A stretch of 64,000 nt of DNA, from contig CAWAKJ010000005.1 in NCBI GenBank assembly GCA_963782595.1, positions 149,595 through 213,594 on the forward strand, written 5' to 3'. Below, piece after piece: positions 1 to 11,300 of the stretch; within the stretch, counting starts at the first letter, position 1; each line of letters begins with the position of its first letter. Source of the DNA: Vicinamibacterales bacterium. Its GTDB lineage: Bacteria; Acidobacteriota; Vicinamibacteria; Vicinamibacterales; JAMQPK01. Made by a program: the position numbers and the translations under genes. The notes under the pieces are model-generated. The model did no database searches, was not told the DNA's origin, and saw nothing but the letters and a program-made list of their open reading frames with translations.

Positions 1-1
1 G

Positions 2-775
2 GCGCCCGCCGCGGCCGGCAACGTCAACGCCCGTCGCCCGTACGCGGCCCAGTATCCGCAGATGGCAAACGCGACGGTCCTGAGTAACGTCGCCCGATCG
101 AAGTACGATGCGGCCCAGTTCGTCTTCACACGCCGTTCGCGCGGAGGCCTCACGCTGACCACGCATTACACATTGGCACATGCGACGGAGGTGCGCCGGA
201 CTCTGTGGGACTTCAGTATTGAAGAGACGGGCGATACGCCGAACTTCGACGTCCGTCACCGTTGGGTGCTGACCACGAACTATCAACTGCCCTGGGGCAG
301 CAGCCTCACCGGCGTGGCTCACGGGTTCCTTTCGGCGTGGCAGGTGAATGCCACCATTTACATGCAGTCGGGCGTGGCCTACGCCATCACCAACGCGGCT
401 TCCCGGACCAATACGGGTGGCACCGATCGGCCTATCCTGAACGGCGATCCGAATCTGCCGGGCAGCGAACGCACGATTCAGCGCTGGTTCGATACGTCGA
501 TGTTCTCGGCCGCTCCGCAGTTTCAGGCGGGGAACCTCGGGTTGTCGACCCTGCACGGCCCGGCACAGCGGCGGATGGATTTCTCCCTTTTCAAGGATCT
601 GAATCTGGGCACGAGCCAGAGGCTGCAGCTCCGCGCCGAGATCTACAATCTGACCAATACGCCGAGCTTCGGGCTTCCCGATGCGCAGTTCGGCAGCACG
701 GGATTCGGCAGCATCTCGAGCACGGGCAATTCGATCCCTCGTCAGATGCAGTTTGGCGTGAAGTACCTGTTCTAA
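2..775 (+). CDS. TonB-dependent receptor, C-terminal fragment (5' end upstream of window)
   Basis: Frame open from window edge. Barrel-like sequence ends QMQFGVKYLF, the same terminal motif as the full-length receptor at 8391-11672 (LQFGLKYLF). Confidence 0.8.
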   Translation, partial: APAAAGNVNARRPYAAQYPQMANATVLSNVARSKYDAAQFVFTRRSRGGLTLTTHYTLAHATEVRRTLWDFSIEETGDTPNFDVRHRWVLTTNYQLPWGSSLTGVAHGFLSAWQVNATIYMQSGVAYAITNAASRTNTGGTDRPILNGDPNLPGSERTIQRWFDTSMFSAAPQFQAGNLGLSTLHGPAQRRMDFSLFKDLNLGTSQRLQLRAEIYNLTNTPSFGLPDAQFGSTGFGSISSTGNSIPRQMQFGVKYLF

Positions 776-797
776 GGGTTCGGAGAGATAAGAACGA

Positions 798-842
798 GGT
801 CGGACAGGTGGCCGTGAACGGTCGCCGTCCGACCTTCTGTCT
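798..842 (+). terminator. Hairpin after receptor gene (GGTCGGAC...GTCCGACC)
   Basis: Perfect 8-bp outer stem 798-805/827-834 with partial inner pairing and a T/C-rich tail. No clean U-run. Confidence 0.35.
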
Positions 843-863
843 CTGTGGCGTCCGTCTTCTTCG

Positions 864-1655
864 GTGACAACGTTGAACCAATCAATCCTGTGTGCGGCGG
901 CGGTCCTGCTCGGGTCTGTTGCGCTGGCGGCTGGCCAGAACCCCACGATGTTGGGGCACCCAGAAGACTATCCAAGAGTTGAAGTCGCTCATGGCTCGCG
1001 GCTGTACGCGGAGCATTGCGACCGGTGCCACGGGGCGGATGGCAATGGCGTGGCCGGCGTCGATCTCCGCAGCGGCAAGTTCCGCACGGCGACGACCGAC
1101 AACCAGCTGAGAACCGTCATCACCAACGGCTTTCCGACCTCCGGCATGCCGCCGTTCAAGTTCGATCCCGCCGACCTCGCGGGACTCGTGGCCTATATCC
1201 GAAACATGAATAGCATCGATGCGGGCTCGCTGAAAGTGGGCAGCGCGGTCAACGGGCGGCTGATCGTGGAGACCAAGGGCGCCTGTCTCTCATGCCACCG
1301 GATCAACGACAAGGGGAGCCGCAGCGGTCCGAATCTCAGCGAGATCGGGGCGGGTCGAAGCGCGGGCTCACTCGAGCGCTCGCTGCTCGATCCGACGAGC
1401 CAGATGTGGCCCATCAACCGGCCGGTCCGCATCGTCACCAGGGACGGCAGAGTGATCAACGGCCGGCGGCTGAACGAAGACACTCACACGGTGCAGCTCG
1501 CCGATCAGGAAGGGCGGCTGATCTCGCTGAACAAAGCCGACCTGCGCGAATTTACCGTCTCCACCAAATCGACCATGCCCTCCTATAAAGATGAGCTCAC
1601 CGCTGACGAGCTCGCGGATGTCGTGACGTTCCTCCTGTCGCTGAAGGGCCAATAA
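864..1655 (+). CDS. Periplasmic dihaem c-type cytochrome
   Basis: Signal peptide. Two CxxCH motifs (CDRCH, CLSCH) and a distal S-x-MP Met-ligand motif. Paralogue of 25938-26762. Ends 4 nt before the PQQ dehydrogenase gene. GTG start uncertain. Confidence 0.8.
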   Translation: MTTLNQSILCAAAVLLGSVALAAGQNPTMLGHPEDYPRVEVAHGSRLYAEHCDRCHGADGNGVAGVDLRSGKFRTATTDNQLRTVITNGFPTSGMPPFKFDPADLAGLVAYIRNMNSIDAGSLKVGSAVNGRLIVETKGACLSCHRINDKGSRSGPNLSEIGAGRSAGSLERSLLDPTSQMWPINRPVRIVTRDGRVINGRRLNEDTHTVQLADQEGRLISLNKADLREFTVSTKSTMPSYKDELTADELADVVTFLLSLKGQ

Positions 1656-1659
1656 CGCC

Positions 1660-3378
1660 ATGACGAGATACAAGTCGTTTGCCGTGCTGATGCTCGCGGT
1701 GATCGCCGTCGTGTCGTTCCGTCTGCAGGCTCAGACGCCGCCGACGGCCGAGCGATTGCTCAATGCGACCAAGGAGCCACAGAACTGGCTGATGTACGGC
1801 GCCGACTATTTCAGCCAACGGTACAGCGGTCTCACGCAGATTACTCCCGCCAATGTGAAGAACCTCACGCTGGCCTGGGCGTATCAGTCGCCGAACGCGG
1901 GGAGCTGGCAGTCAACACCGCTCGTCGTCGACGGCATCATGTACTTGACGCAGCGGCCGAACGACGTGGTTGCGCTCGACGCGGTCACCGGTCGGGTCTT
2001 CTGGATCTATCGCTACAACAATTCCGCCGATCTGGCGGTTTGCTGCGGCTCCAACAATCGCGGTCTCGCGATTCTCGGCGACACGCTCTTCATGGGCACG
2101 CTCGACGCCCATCTGGTGGCCATCGACACCAGGAGCGGCATGCCGGTCTGGAAGACGAAGGTTGCGGAGAGCAAGGCGGGCTATTCGCTGACGGTCGCCC
2201 CGATGGCCGTCAAGGACAGAGTGATCGTCGGCGTCGGTGGAGGGGAGTGGGGCATTCGCGGGTTTGTGTCCGCCTACGACGCGCAGAACGGCAAGGAACT
2301 CTGGAAGTTCTATACCATCCCGGGCCCGGGCGAGCCGGGTCACGAAACCTGGGAACCGTGTCCCCCCAGCCCAGCCACCTACTGCGATCCGGAAGGGTGG
2401 AAACACGGCGGCGGATCGGTCTGGGTCACTGGGTCCTACGATCCGGTACTCGACCTGAACTACTGGGGCATCGGCAACGTGGGCCCTGACTACAATCACG
2501 AACAGCGCCCCGGCGACAACCTGTACACGGCATCGGTCGTGGCGCTGGATACGGCGACCGGCAAGCTGAAATGGCACTACCAGTTCACGCCGCACGACCG
2601 CTACGACTACGACTCCGTGCAGGTGCCGGTTCTGGCGGACATCACGTTTCAGGGCGCGCCCGTCAAAGCGATGCTGTGGGCCAATCGCAACGGCAACTTC
2701 TACGTGCTCGATCGGGCAACCGGAAAGTTCCTCCTCGGCAAGCCGTTCGTGAAAGTGAATTGGATGAGTGGCTTCGACGCCAACGGTAAACCGATTCAGA
2801 CGCCGCAGCCGCCTGGCATGCCGACCTATCCAGCCGTGCAGGGCGGCTCCAACTGGTATTCGCCCTCATACAGCCCGCGGACGAAGCTGATGTATGTGTC
2901 CTCGTGGGAAGATCAAGGCATGCTCTTTGGTGGCGTGCCGATCGTCTACCAGGAAGGCCGTGGCTTCGGCGGTGGAAACCTGTCGCCGTTTGTGCCCACC
3001 CCGGGCGCGCCGTCGCGCGGTATTCCCGGTGCGCCAGGTGTGCCGAACCTGCGTCGCGGTCCCATCAACAACTGGACCGATGCGGCTGGCCATGGGTCCG
3101 TGATCGCCTTCGATCCGAGCACGGGCGAGCCGAAATGGAAGTTCCTGATGACCGACGTCACCGACACAGGGATCGTGACGACGGCGACCGATTTGCTGTT
3201 CACCGGCGGACGCGAAGGCTACCTGCAGGCCCTCGATGCGCGGACGGGGACACAGCTCTGGAGGACGAATCTCGGAGCGCAGATGCTGAACAACCCGATT
3301 ACCTATGCAGTGAACGGCAGGCAGTACGTCTCCGCCATGGCTGGGCTGACGCTGTATACATTCGCCCTACCGAACTAG
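1660..3378 (+). CDS. PQQ-dependent alcohol dehydrogenase family protein (methanol/ethanol type) with D-x-D signature
   Basis: Signal peptide and Trp-rich propeller repeats. Vicinal Cys128-Cys129 (AVCCGSNNRG). Active-site block TPHDRYDYDS (D316-Y-D318). Confidence 0.9.
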   Translation: MTRYKSFAVLMLAVIAVVSFRLQAQTPPTAERLLNATKEPQNWLMYGADYFSQRYSGLTQITPANVKNLTLAWAYQSPNAGSWQSTPLVVDGIMYLTQRPNDVVALDAVTGRVFWIYRYNNSADLAVCCGSNNRGLAILGDTLFMGTLDAHLVAIDTRSGMPVWKTKVAESKAGYSLTVAPMAVKDRVIVGVGGGEWGIRGFVSAYDAQNGKELWKFYTIPGPGEPGHETWEPCPPSPATYCDPEGWKHGGGSVWVTGSYDPVLDLNYWGIGNVGPDYNHEQRPGDNLYTASVVALDTATGKLKWHYQFTPHDRYDYDSVQVPVLADITFQGAPVKAMLWANRNGNFYVLDRATGKFLLGKPFVKVNWMSGFDANGKPIQTPQPPGMPTYPAVQGGSNWYSPSYSPRTKLMYVSSWEDQGMLFGGVPIVYQEGRGFGGGNLSPFVPTPGAPSRGIPGAPGVPNLRRGPINNWTDAAGHGSVIAFDPSTGEPKWKFLMTDVTDTGIVTTATDLLFTGGREGYLQALDARTGTQLWRTNLGAQMLNNPITYAVNGRQYVSAMAGLTLYTFALPN

Positions 3379-3403
3379 TCTTCTTGGATGTAACTTATAG
3401 CGC

Positions 3404-4705
3404 ATGTTTCGCAGACACGTTCTCGCGATTGGCTTGACCCTCTTCGGCGTGTTCTATCCCTCGGTTGGAATGGGGATGGAGCGCGCTGCAATGGACCAGA
3501 TCCTCGCCCTTTCCAAGTCGCGTCCCGACTCGCCCGAGTTCCGCGAGGCACTCGTGAAACACCTGGGCGACGCGCCGATCAAGAGCGGCGAAGCGTACAA
3601 CTCGAACGGCCCGGATTTCATCTGGGCCGTTGAATCGGCCACGCAACCATCGATGATCCTCGACGATCAGCCAGCCGGCCCCATGCGGCGGATTGCCGGC
3701 AGCAACCTCTGGTTCTACGTTGCGCAGCTTCGCGTCGGCACCTCACATCGCTTTCACTACATCGTCAACGGCGCAAAGTTCGGCGGATCGTACGATGTGC
3801 CGGCGTACACGCCCAACTCCTACTCGCGGCCGGGCGTTCCTCAGGGCCGCCTGTCGGAGAAGCTGGTCCACACGAGCAAGCTGTACGGCGGCATGGAGAC
3901 CAACTACTGGATCTACGTGCCGGCGCAGTACGATGCGACGGTTCCGGCCGCGTTGATGGTGTGGCAGGACGGAGAGCGCTACATCACACGCAACGTTGAA
4001 GAGCTATGCCGCCTGTGCCCGAGCCTGTACCGCCTGCAGGAAGTCACCGACAACCTGATCCACGACAAGAAAATTCCGGTGATGATCCACGTGTTCGTCT
4101 CGCCGGGCACGCTGAACGGCAAGCCGCTGCGCTCGATCCTCTACGACACGGTGTCTGACAAGTACGGACAATTTCTCCTCGAGGAGCTGCTGCCAGAGGT
4201 GTCCGCGAAATACAACATCCGCAACGATGCCTACAGCCGGGCGATTCAGGGACAGTCGTCCGGTGGCATCGCCGCGTTCACCGTAGCCTTCAATCGTCCG
4301 GAGAGTTTCAGCCGCGTCTACACGGTCGTCGGCAGTTTCACTGCGCTGCAGTGGAAACCCGGCGAGCTCGACGGCGGCAATATTTATCCGTTCAAAGTGC
4401 GGCGCGAGCCCAAGCGCAACCTGCGCGTGTGGATGAACGATGGCTCGGAAGATCAGGAAGCCAACTCGGGAAGCTGGCCGCTGCAGAACATTCAGCTCGC
4501 GAATTCGTTGAAGCTGAAAGGCTACGACTTCCACTTCAGCTTCGGCGGCGGCTCTCATCATGCGGCGCTTGCCGCTTCAGAACTACCGGAATGCCTTACC
4601 TGGCTGTGGCGTGACTACGATCCAGCCAAGACTGCACAGACCTACGAGCAGAGCGCCGAGGAGCAATCGAAGCCACCGTTCCGTGTGCGCATCTACAACC
4701 GCTGA
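3404..4705 (+). CDS. Secreted esterase, enterochelin-esterase-like alpha/beta hydrolase
   Basis: Signal peptide, an N-terminal beta-rich module, then an esterase core with the GQSSGG nucleophile elbow (GxSxG). Confidence 0.7.
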   Translation: MFRRHVLAIGLTLFGVFYPSVGMGMERAAMDQILALSKSRPDSPEFREALVKHLGDAPIKSGEAYNSNGPDFIWAVESATQPSMILDDQPAGPMRRIAGSNLWFYVAQLRVGTSHRFHYIVNGAKFGGSYDVPAYTPNSYSRPGVPQGRLSEKLVHTSKLYGGMETNYWIYVPAQYDATVPAALMVWQDGERYITRNVEELCRLCPSLYRLQEVTDNLIHDKKIPVMIHVFVSPGTLNGKPLRSILYDTVSDKYGQFLLEELLPEVSAKYNIRNDAYSRAIQGQSSGGIAAFTVAFNRPESFSRVYTVVGSFTALQWKPGELDGGNIYPFKVRREPKRNLRVWMNDGSEDQEANSGSWPLQNIQLANSLKLKGYDFHFSFGGGSHHAALAASELPECLTWLWRDYDPAKTAQTYEQSAEEQSKPPFRVRIYNR

Positions 4706-4715
4706 TCATGGCTTC

Positions 4716-4742
4716 GCATTTTTGGATCCTGTCCAAAAATGC
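4716..4742 (+). terminator. Perfect 11-bp inverted repeat GCATTTTTGGA / TCCAAAAATGC
   Basis: Lies 11 nt after the esterase stop, loop TCCTG. AT-rich stem and no trailing U-run, so it could instead be an operator. Confidence 0.35.
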
Positions 4743-4802
4743 GGATGAGAGTTTCACCTGGAGAGATCGGGCCGCGCATGGTGAGACATTCTGAGACAAA
4801 GC

Positions 4803-4831
4803 ATTGACAGTGTGGCGGTCCTAACCTAATC
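4803..4831 (+). promoter_or_regulatory. Sigma-70-like promoter candidate for the receptor gene
   Basis: TTGACA (4803-4808), 17-nt spacer, TAATCT (4826-4831), about 50 nt upstream of the ATG at 4882. Confidence 0.3.
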
Positions 4832-4881
4832 TCGACGGCTCAGACCTTTATCGATCGCAGCGGTCTCATCAGGAGGGTGTC

Positions 4882-7800
4882 ATGAGGAGGAGTTTGTTCG
4901 CGCGTGTCGCGATCGTGGGCGTGGTGTGTGCGTTGGCTGTTACGCAAACGGCGATGGCGCAGAACATCTACGGATCGCTCGTCGGCAACGTTACGGATTC
5001 CAGCGGCGCATCGATTCCGGGTGCAACCGTGACGGCGACGCATACAGGCACGAACCTGACCCGCGAGGTCGTGACGAACGAGACCGGCGCGTATACGATT
5101 CCGAACATCCCCTCCGGCACCTACCAGGTGGTCGTGGCCGTTCCGGGTTTCCAGAATTTCACCGTACGCGACATCGCCGTCACCAATCGTGACGTTCGCG
5201 TGGACGCCCGATTGAGTCTCGGGACGCTCGAAGAAGCGGTCACCGTTACGGCGACGGCGGCGATTCTCCAGACGGAAAATGCCGCGGTCCAGCACATCGC
5301 CAACAGCGAACAGTTGCAGACGCTGCCGACCAGCGGCCGCGCGTTTCAGAGTTTCATGACGCTGATGCCCGGTGTGGCCGATCCCAACTATCAGCAGTCG
5401 GGCGGCATCAACAATCCAGGCCGCACCATGTCGCTGACCATCAACGGTCAGCCGGCCACGAACACCGTCGTGCGGCTCGACGGGATCACGGCGACCAACC
5501 AGTTCTTCGAAAGCATCCAGAGCTACGGGCCCAGCCTCGAGGCCATCGAGACCGTCAACGTCGTCACGAGCAGCTTCGATGCCGACCAGGGCATGGCAGG
5601 TGCGGCGGCCGTGAACGTGCAGGTCAAAACGGGTACGAACAACTTCCGCGGCTCTGCGTTCGAATACGCAGTCGACGCGCGGATGCGCTCGCGAAACTAT
5701 TTCCTGCCGGCCGACCGCGACAAGGGCACCTCGAGCGTCAACGTGTTCGGCGGCACGATCGGTGGCCCGATCGTCAGGAATAAGCTGTTCTTCTTCTTCA
5801 GCGACGAGACGACGGTTCAGCGTACGTTCAACGGCAACGCCCAGGGCCAGACAGGCACGAGCGGATTCGTGTCGATTGCGCCAGCAGATCTGCGCCGGGG
5901 AGATTTCTCACAGTCGGGCACGCCCATTTACGACCCGCTGACGGGCAATCCGACGACGGCCGCGGGGCGTGTGCCGTTTGCCTATGCCAACTGCCCGGGC
6001 GTGACGACCCTGACCGATCCGCGCTTCGCCTCGTGCAACTTCATCCCGCAGAGCCGCATCAACCCGATTGCCGCGGCGATGTTGTCCAAGCTGGTGCTCC
6101 CCTCGCAGCCGGGTTACACGAACAACTATTTCGTGGTGAACGGGTACGACACGACCTACCACAAGATCGACGCGAAGATCACCTATAACCCCGGCCCCAG
6201 GCTGAACCTGAACGGCCGTCTCGGGTTCCTGCCGAGCTGGGAGCGGTCGTTGGGCATTCTGCCATCGGTGGATGGATCGCCGACCAACCCGTTGTCGCAG
6301 GGTCGCGTATGGGATTCGTTCGTGGACAGCCACTCGATCGGTGCGACGTCGATTCTGTCGCAGAGCTTCGTTGTTGACGGATCATTTGGCTACACCAAGC
6401 ACAACGTGCACGTGTTCCCGCCTGTGGACACGTGCTACGGCGATGTGTTCGGTCTAAGAAACGCGTGCCAGGCGCCGTACTCGCTCGACACGAACGTTCC
6501 GGACATGAACGTGCAGGGCTGGACGATGAACGGGCAGAGCCCGATTCGCGACTACGTCGATCCCCAGTGGCAGTTCGTTGCCAATGCCGGATGGACGAAG
6601 GGGTCGCACAACGTCAAGTTCGGGCTCGACTACATCATCCTCTTCCAGGATCACTACGAGACCCAGGCGCAGGCGTTTGCCTTCAACGGCGGTGTGACGA
6701 CGCTGAACGGGGCCGCCAACAACTTCAATAGATTCGCGTCGTTTCTGCTCGGCATGCCCTCGTCGAGAACCGCGCAGGTGATGACGCCGCTGCTTGGCGG
6801 GGATGCCTCCGGCGCGTCGCACCCGAGTACAGGAACGGCGAACGAGTTCCGCCCGAATACGCTGCGGAACAACAACGTCGGCACCTACATCCGGGATCAG
6901 TGGAACATCACGCCGAAGATCACGGCCTCGGTGGGCGTGCGGTGGGAGTACTACTCGCTGCCGCGCCGCTCAGACCACGGCATCGAGGTGTACGACTTCG
7001 CCGCCAACCGGCTGCTCATCTGTGATGTCGGTCCGAATTCGGAAAACTGCGACATCGAGGTCGAGAAGAATCTGTTCACGCCGAGGCTCGGCCTGGCTTA
7101 CCGGCCGACGGAGGACCTTGTCGTTCGCGTCGGCTATTCCCGCAACCCGCAAAGCAACAACCCGGGCCGGCAGCAGATGGTGCCGTCACAGTCGTTCCCA
7201 CAGACGATCGTCATTACTGAAGAGGCGCCGAACAACGTCACGGCCATCGGCAGCCTGAATGACGGATCGACGAGAGTGGTGCCGGCGGATCAGACGAGCG
7301 GCGTGTTGGTGCTGCCACGCGGCGCGGGCGTCAATACCTATCGAGACGAGTACGTGCGCGGCAAGATCTCGTCGTGGAACCTGAGCGTCCAGAAGGCGCT
7401 TGGTACGAGGATGAGTGCAACGTTCGCCTACGTTGCGAATCGCCAGAATGGCATGACGCGGAACCTGAACCTGAACTACGGCGTGCTCGGCGGCGGTTCG
7501 GCGAGCTTGCCGTTCAACCCGCTGGGCATTACGTCGGCGATGAACGTGTTCTCGCCAGAAGGCAAGGTGAAGTACGACTCGCTGCAGTTGAGCATGAACC
7601 GCCGGATGAGCGACGGCATGCAGTTCACCGTCGCGTACACCTATGCCAAGACGATCGACTGGTGGAGGACGGCCATCCCGCAGCCCGAGTACTGGTACCT
7701 GAACAAGGGTGAGACCGGGGCGCCGCACAGGCTGAACGCATCGCTGATTTACGAACTGCCGTTCGGTTCGGGACAGCGCTGGCTGAACAACGAAGGCGTG

Positions 7801-8325
7801 TTCGGCAAAGTCGTAGGCGGCTGGCAGTTGAATACCTTCTTCAGCTATGCGTCGGGGTCGCTGGTGACCGTGAGCGGCAGCACCAATCCGTTGAACGCGC
7901 CGAACGTCGGCACGCAGTTCGCCGACAAGGTGAAAGACGGAGCGGTCGAGATCTTCGGCGATGTCGGCCCCACAGCGCAGTACTTCGACGTGAGCGCGTA
8001 TCGCCCGGTACCGGCCGGAGAGCTTCGATTCGGCAATTCCGGCCATGGTTCGTGGAGAGGCCCGAGTGCGCCGAACGTCGATATGAGCGTGTTCCGTGTC
8101 TTCCGCATCGGCCAGACCAGGACGCTTCAGATTCGCGCCGAGGTCTTCAACGTCTCGAACACGCCGCACTTCAGCAACCCGGCCGCGAATATCTCCAACG
8201 TCGTGTTCGCCGCCAACGGCTCCATCACCAATCTGGGCGGAGTGGGAAGCATTACGTCGACCGATCGCACGGGCCGTCAGTACGACGAGCGCGAGTGGCG
8301 GTTTGGCGCGAGATTCGGATTCTGA
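4882..8325 (+). CDS. TonB-dependent receptor with N-terminal carboxypeptidase-regulatory-like domain
   Basis: AGGAGG RBS and signal peptide. GNVTDSSGASIPGATVT...GTYQV Ig-like module, long barrel, terminal Phe (RFGARFGF). Confidence 0.9.
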   Translation: MRRSLFARVAIVGVVCALAVTQTAMAQNIYGSLVGNVTDSSGASIPGATVTATHTGTNLTREVVTNETGAYTIPNIPSGTYQVVVAVPGFQNFTVRDIAVTNRDVRVDARLSLGTLEEAVTVTATAAILQTENAAVQHIANSEQLQTLPTSGRAFQSFMTLMPGVADPNYQQSGGINNPGRTMSLTINGQPATNTVVRLDGITATNQFFESIQSYGPSLEAIETVNVVTSSFDADQGMAGAAAVNVQVKTGTNNFRGSAFEYAVDARMRSRNYFLPADRDKGTSSVNVFGGTIGGPIVRNKLFFFFSDETTVQRTFNGNAQGQTGTSGFVSIAPADLRRGDFSQSGTPIYDPLTGNPTTAAGRVPFAYANCPGVTTLTDPRFASCNFIPQSRINPIAAAMLSKLVLPSQPGYTNNYFVVNGYDTTYHKIDAKITYNPGPRLNLNGRLGFLPSWERSLGILPSVDGSPTNPLSQGRVWDSFVDSHSIGATSILSQSFVVDGSFGYTKHNVHVFPPVDTCYGDVFGLRNACQAPYSLDTNVPDMNVQGWTMNGQSPIRDYVDPQWQFVANAGWTKGSHNVKFGLDYIILFQDHYETQAQAFAFNGGVTTLNGAANNFNRFASFLLGMPSSRTAQVMTPLLGGDASGASHPSTGTANEFRPNTLRNNNVGTYIRDQWNITPKITASVGVRWEYYSLPRRSDHGIEVYDFAANRLLICDVGPNSENCDIEVEKNLFTPRLGLAYRPTEDLVVRVGYSRNPQSNNPGRQQMVPSQSFPQTIVITEEAPNNVTAIGSLNDGSTRVVPADQTSGVLVLPRGAGVNTYRDEYVRGKISSWNLSVQKALGTRMSATFAYVANRQNGMTRNLNLNYGVLGGGSASLPFNPLGITSAMNVFSPEGKVKYDSLQLSMNRRMSDGMQFTVAYTYAKTIDWWRTAIPQPEYWYLNKGETGAPHRLNASLIYELPFGSGQRWLNNEGVFGKVVGGWQLNTFFSYASGSLVTVSGSTNPLNAPNVGTQFADKVKDGAVEIFGDVGPTAQYFDVSAYRPVPAGELRFGNSGHGSWRGPSAPNVDMSVFRVFRIGQTRTLQIRAEVFNVSNTPHFSNPAANISNVVFAANGSITNLGGVGSITSTDRTGRQYDEREWRFGARFGF

Positions 8326-8332
8326 CACTCTT

Positions 8333-8371
8333 GTAGGGCGGGTCTTGAACTGCAAGACCCGCCCTACTTTT
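8333..8371 (+). terminator. REP-like palindrome GTAGGGCGGGTCTTG/CAAGACCCGCCCTAC plus TTTT
   Basis: 15-bp perfect stem 8333-8347/8353-8367 followed by TTTT. Sits between two receptor genes. Copies at 11682 and 34494. Confidence 0.6.
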
Positions 8372-8390
8372 CGGTCTTTAAGGAGGGGAA

Positions 8391-11300
8391 ATGACGGTAC
8401 GCATGCTCGTTGTCGTTGTGACGGCTCTCGTCACATTCGGCTCACCGGTTTTCGCACAGCTCCAATCGGGCCGCATCGTCGGGACGGTATTCGACACGCA
8501 GAAGGCCGGTATCCCTGGGGCAACCATTACGGTCACCAACATGGCCACTAATGTCTCCAGGACGGCGGTCACCGATGCGGAAGGCAACTACGTTGTCACG
8601 CCGATCGATCCGGGTACATACAACGTGAGCGCCGAGATGTCGGGTTTCCAGACCACACGGCGAGAGGGCCTCATCATGACCGTCGGGCAGGCGGCCCGAG
8701 TGGAGCTGACGCTCAATCTCGGCACGCTGTCAACGGAAGTGCAGGTGACGGCCGAAACGCCGCTGCTCAACACCGAGTCGGCCACGTTGAGCGAGGTCAT
8801 CACGAACGAGCAGATCGTCGATCTGCCCCTCAACGGCCGCGGCTTTCACGAGCTGGCGCGACTGACATCGGGCGTGGCGCTGCTGCCGCCAACCGGCAAC
8901 ACGCAGCCCGTCCGGCCCGAGGTCGTCAACGGCAACGTCATCGGCGGTGTCGCCGGATCGCAAACCCGGTTCCTCCTCGACGGTGTGGACATCACGGAAG
9001 AGCATCAGGGGGGCACCTGGATTCAGACCTCGGTGGACGCGCTTCAGGAGTTCAGCGTTTCGCAGAACGCGTATTCGGCCGAGTTCCATGGCGCAGGCGC
9101 CACGTTCAACGTGACGACCAAGTCGGGCGGCAACGCATTTCACGGCAGCCTGTTCGAGTTCGCACGCAATGACAAGTTCGATTCGAAGAACTTCTTCGCA
9201 GTAAATAAGGAGAAGCTCGAGCGCAATCAGTTCGGCGGCACGCTCGGCGGCCCGGTGATGATCCCCGGCATGTACGACGGCCGGAACAAGACCTTCTTCT
9301 TCGCGAGCTACGAGGGACACCGCCGCCAGCAAGGCGTGGTTGACGTCAGTAACGTGCCGTCGGCGGCGCAACGGTCGGGAGATTTCAGCGGCCTTGCGGC
9401 GATTTTCGACCCGTTGACGACGACGACCGGGACCGTCACGCGCACACAGTTTGCCGACAACAGGATTCCCACGAATCGTATTTCGCCGCAAGCCCAGTTC
9501 TTCATGCAGTACATCCCGTTGCCGAACGCAGCCGGCAATACGTACGTCTCGAACCCGATTACGTCGTTCAATCAGAACCAGGTGACGTTGCGCCTGGATC
9601 AGGAAATCAACTCTCAGCATCGCTTCTTCACGCGCTACAGCCGGCACGTGAACGCGGAAGACAGACAGGATCGGTGGGACACGCTCGGTGCGACTCGGCT
9701 CGAGGGCCCGGCGTACAACCTGGCCATGTCGCTGACGTCGAACTTCGGGTCGTCACTGGTCCACGAAGTTCGCTTCAGCCGGATGTACGGCGAGTACCGT
9801 TCGACGGCCTATTTCCAGGGCCAGGGCGTCAGCCTCGTCCAACAGCAGGCCGGGGTCAGAGGCCTCGCGGGTATTCAGGATCCCAACATCGCCAGCCTGC
9901 CGGCCTTCAGTTTTTCCGGCTACACAGGTTTTTCGGGCAATGCGGGGGACGGCCGTCCAAAATGGCAGGACCGAGGGGAATACGAGCTCACCGATAACCT
10001 CACCTGGATCAAAGGAAGGCACATCCTGAAGTTCGGAGGCAGGATGTACCACCGGAACATTCTGTTTACCGATGCGAGAAGCCACAACGGGGTGTTCAAC
10101 TATACCGGTGTCATGACACAGCGTCCGGGGAATACCGCGGGCACGGGGGTCTCGTTTGCCGACTTCCTGCTCGGATACCCCGCCAGCGTGACCCGATCGA
10201 ACCCCGCGACGTGGTGGGGTGGATCCGGCACGTACTGGCATGGCTTCATCCAGGATGACTTCCGGCTGACGAACAACCTGACCGTCAATCTGGGATTCCG
10301 CTACGAATACACGCCGTGGTTGACGCCGTACCGCAACCAGGGCGCCGTCTTCGATCCGACACGTGCCAAGTCGATCATCGTCTCGAGCGAGAACAACCAG
10401 ATCGATCTCGGTTCGCAGGCGTTGGCGGATATCGGGTACCAGTTGTTTGGAGACTTGATCCAGACCAGCAGTGAAGCGGGCGTTCCGCTTCAGCTGACCG
10501 CGAACGACAACAAGCAGTTGGCGCCCAGGATTGGTTTTGCGTACCGCCTCGGCGATCGCACGGTCGTTCGTGGTGGTTACGGGATGTTCTACGAAGCCGA
10601 GGGCACGAGCGGCCGGCTGAATTTCCACTTCCTGCCGTTCAGTCTGAGCGAAGCGGTGAACGCCACGACCAACGTCGTGCCCAACCGCACGACGGCGGAC
10701 TTCTTCCTCGGCGTGCCGTTTGGCGCGTCGGTTGGAAGCGTTGGCTGGAACCCGCTCACGCTCGATGCGGAGTTCGGATTCGATCAGCGCTGGAACTTCG
10801 GTGTTCAGCGGGAAATCGCCAGCCGGATGAGCCTCGAAGTGAATTACGTGGGGACGAAGGGCAACAACCAGCAGGAGGCGGAGCCGATCAACCTTCCTCC
10901 CGCGGCCGCAGGAAACATACAGCTGCGCCGGCCGTATCCGCGCTTCGGCAACATGAACATTCACAGCCAGGCACGGTCGACCGAGTATCACGCGCTGCAG
11001 ACCAAGCTCCAGAAGCGGACGTCGGGCGGGCTGTGGTACCTCGTCTCGTATTCGTACACCAGCACCCAGACAACGCTGCCGGCGCCGGGCATCGGCGGCA
11101 ACTTCACGTACGACACAGGGCCGGCGGGCTTCGATATTCCACATCTGTTGGCGATGAGCTTCGGTGCCGAGCTGCCGTTCGGCAGCGGCAAGCGGTTCCT
11201 CAGCAACGCGGGCACGCTCGCCAACGGGTTGCTCGGCGGATGGCAGGCGCAGAGCATCGTGAACTACCGCAGCGGTCTTCCGTTTACGCCGAGCGTGTCG

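Noticed and set aside
7186-8355. 389-aa minus-strand ORF antisense to the receptor gene. Similar long antisense ORFs lie at 9753-11465, 16904-18499, 18770-19801, 27512-28531, 42600-43694, 46195-47481, 59403-61115 and 62032-63342 on the minus strand, and at 39629-40591 and 52927-54483 on the plus strand.
   Set aside because: These are Arg/Ala/Gly-rich shadow ORFs typical of the antisense strand of high-GC genes. Each fully overlaps a gene with clear family motifs, and none shows motifs of its own.
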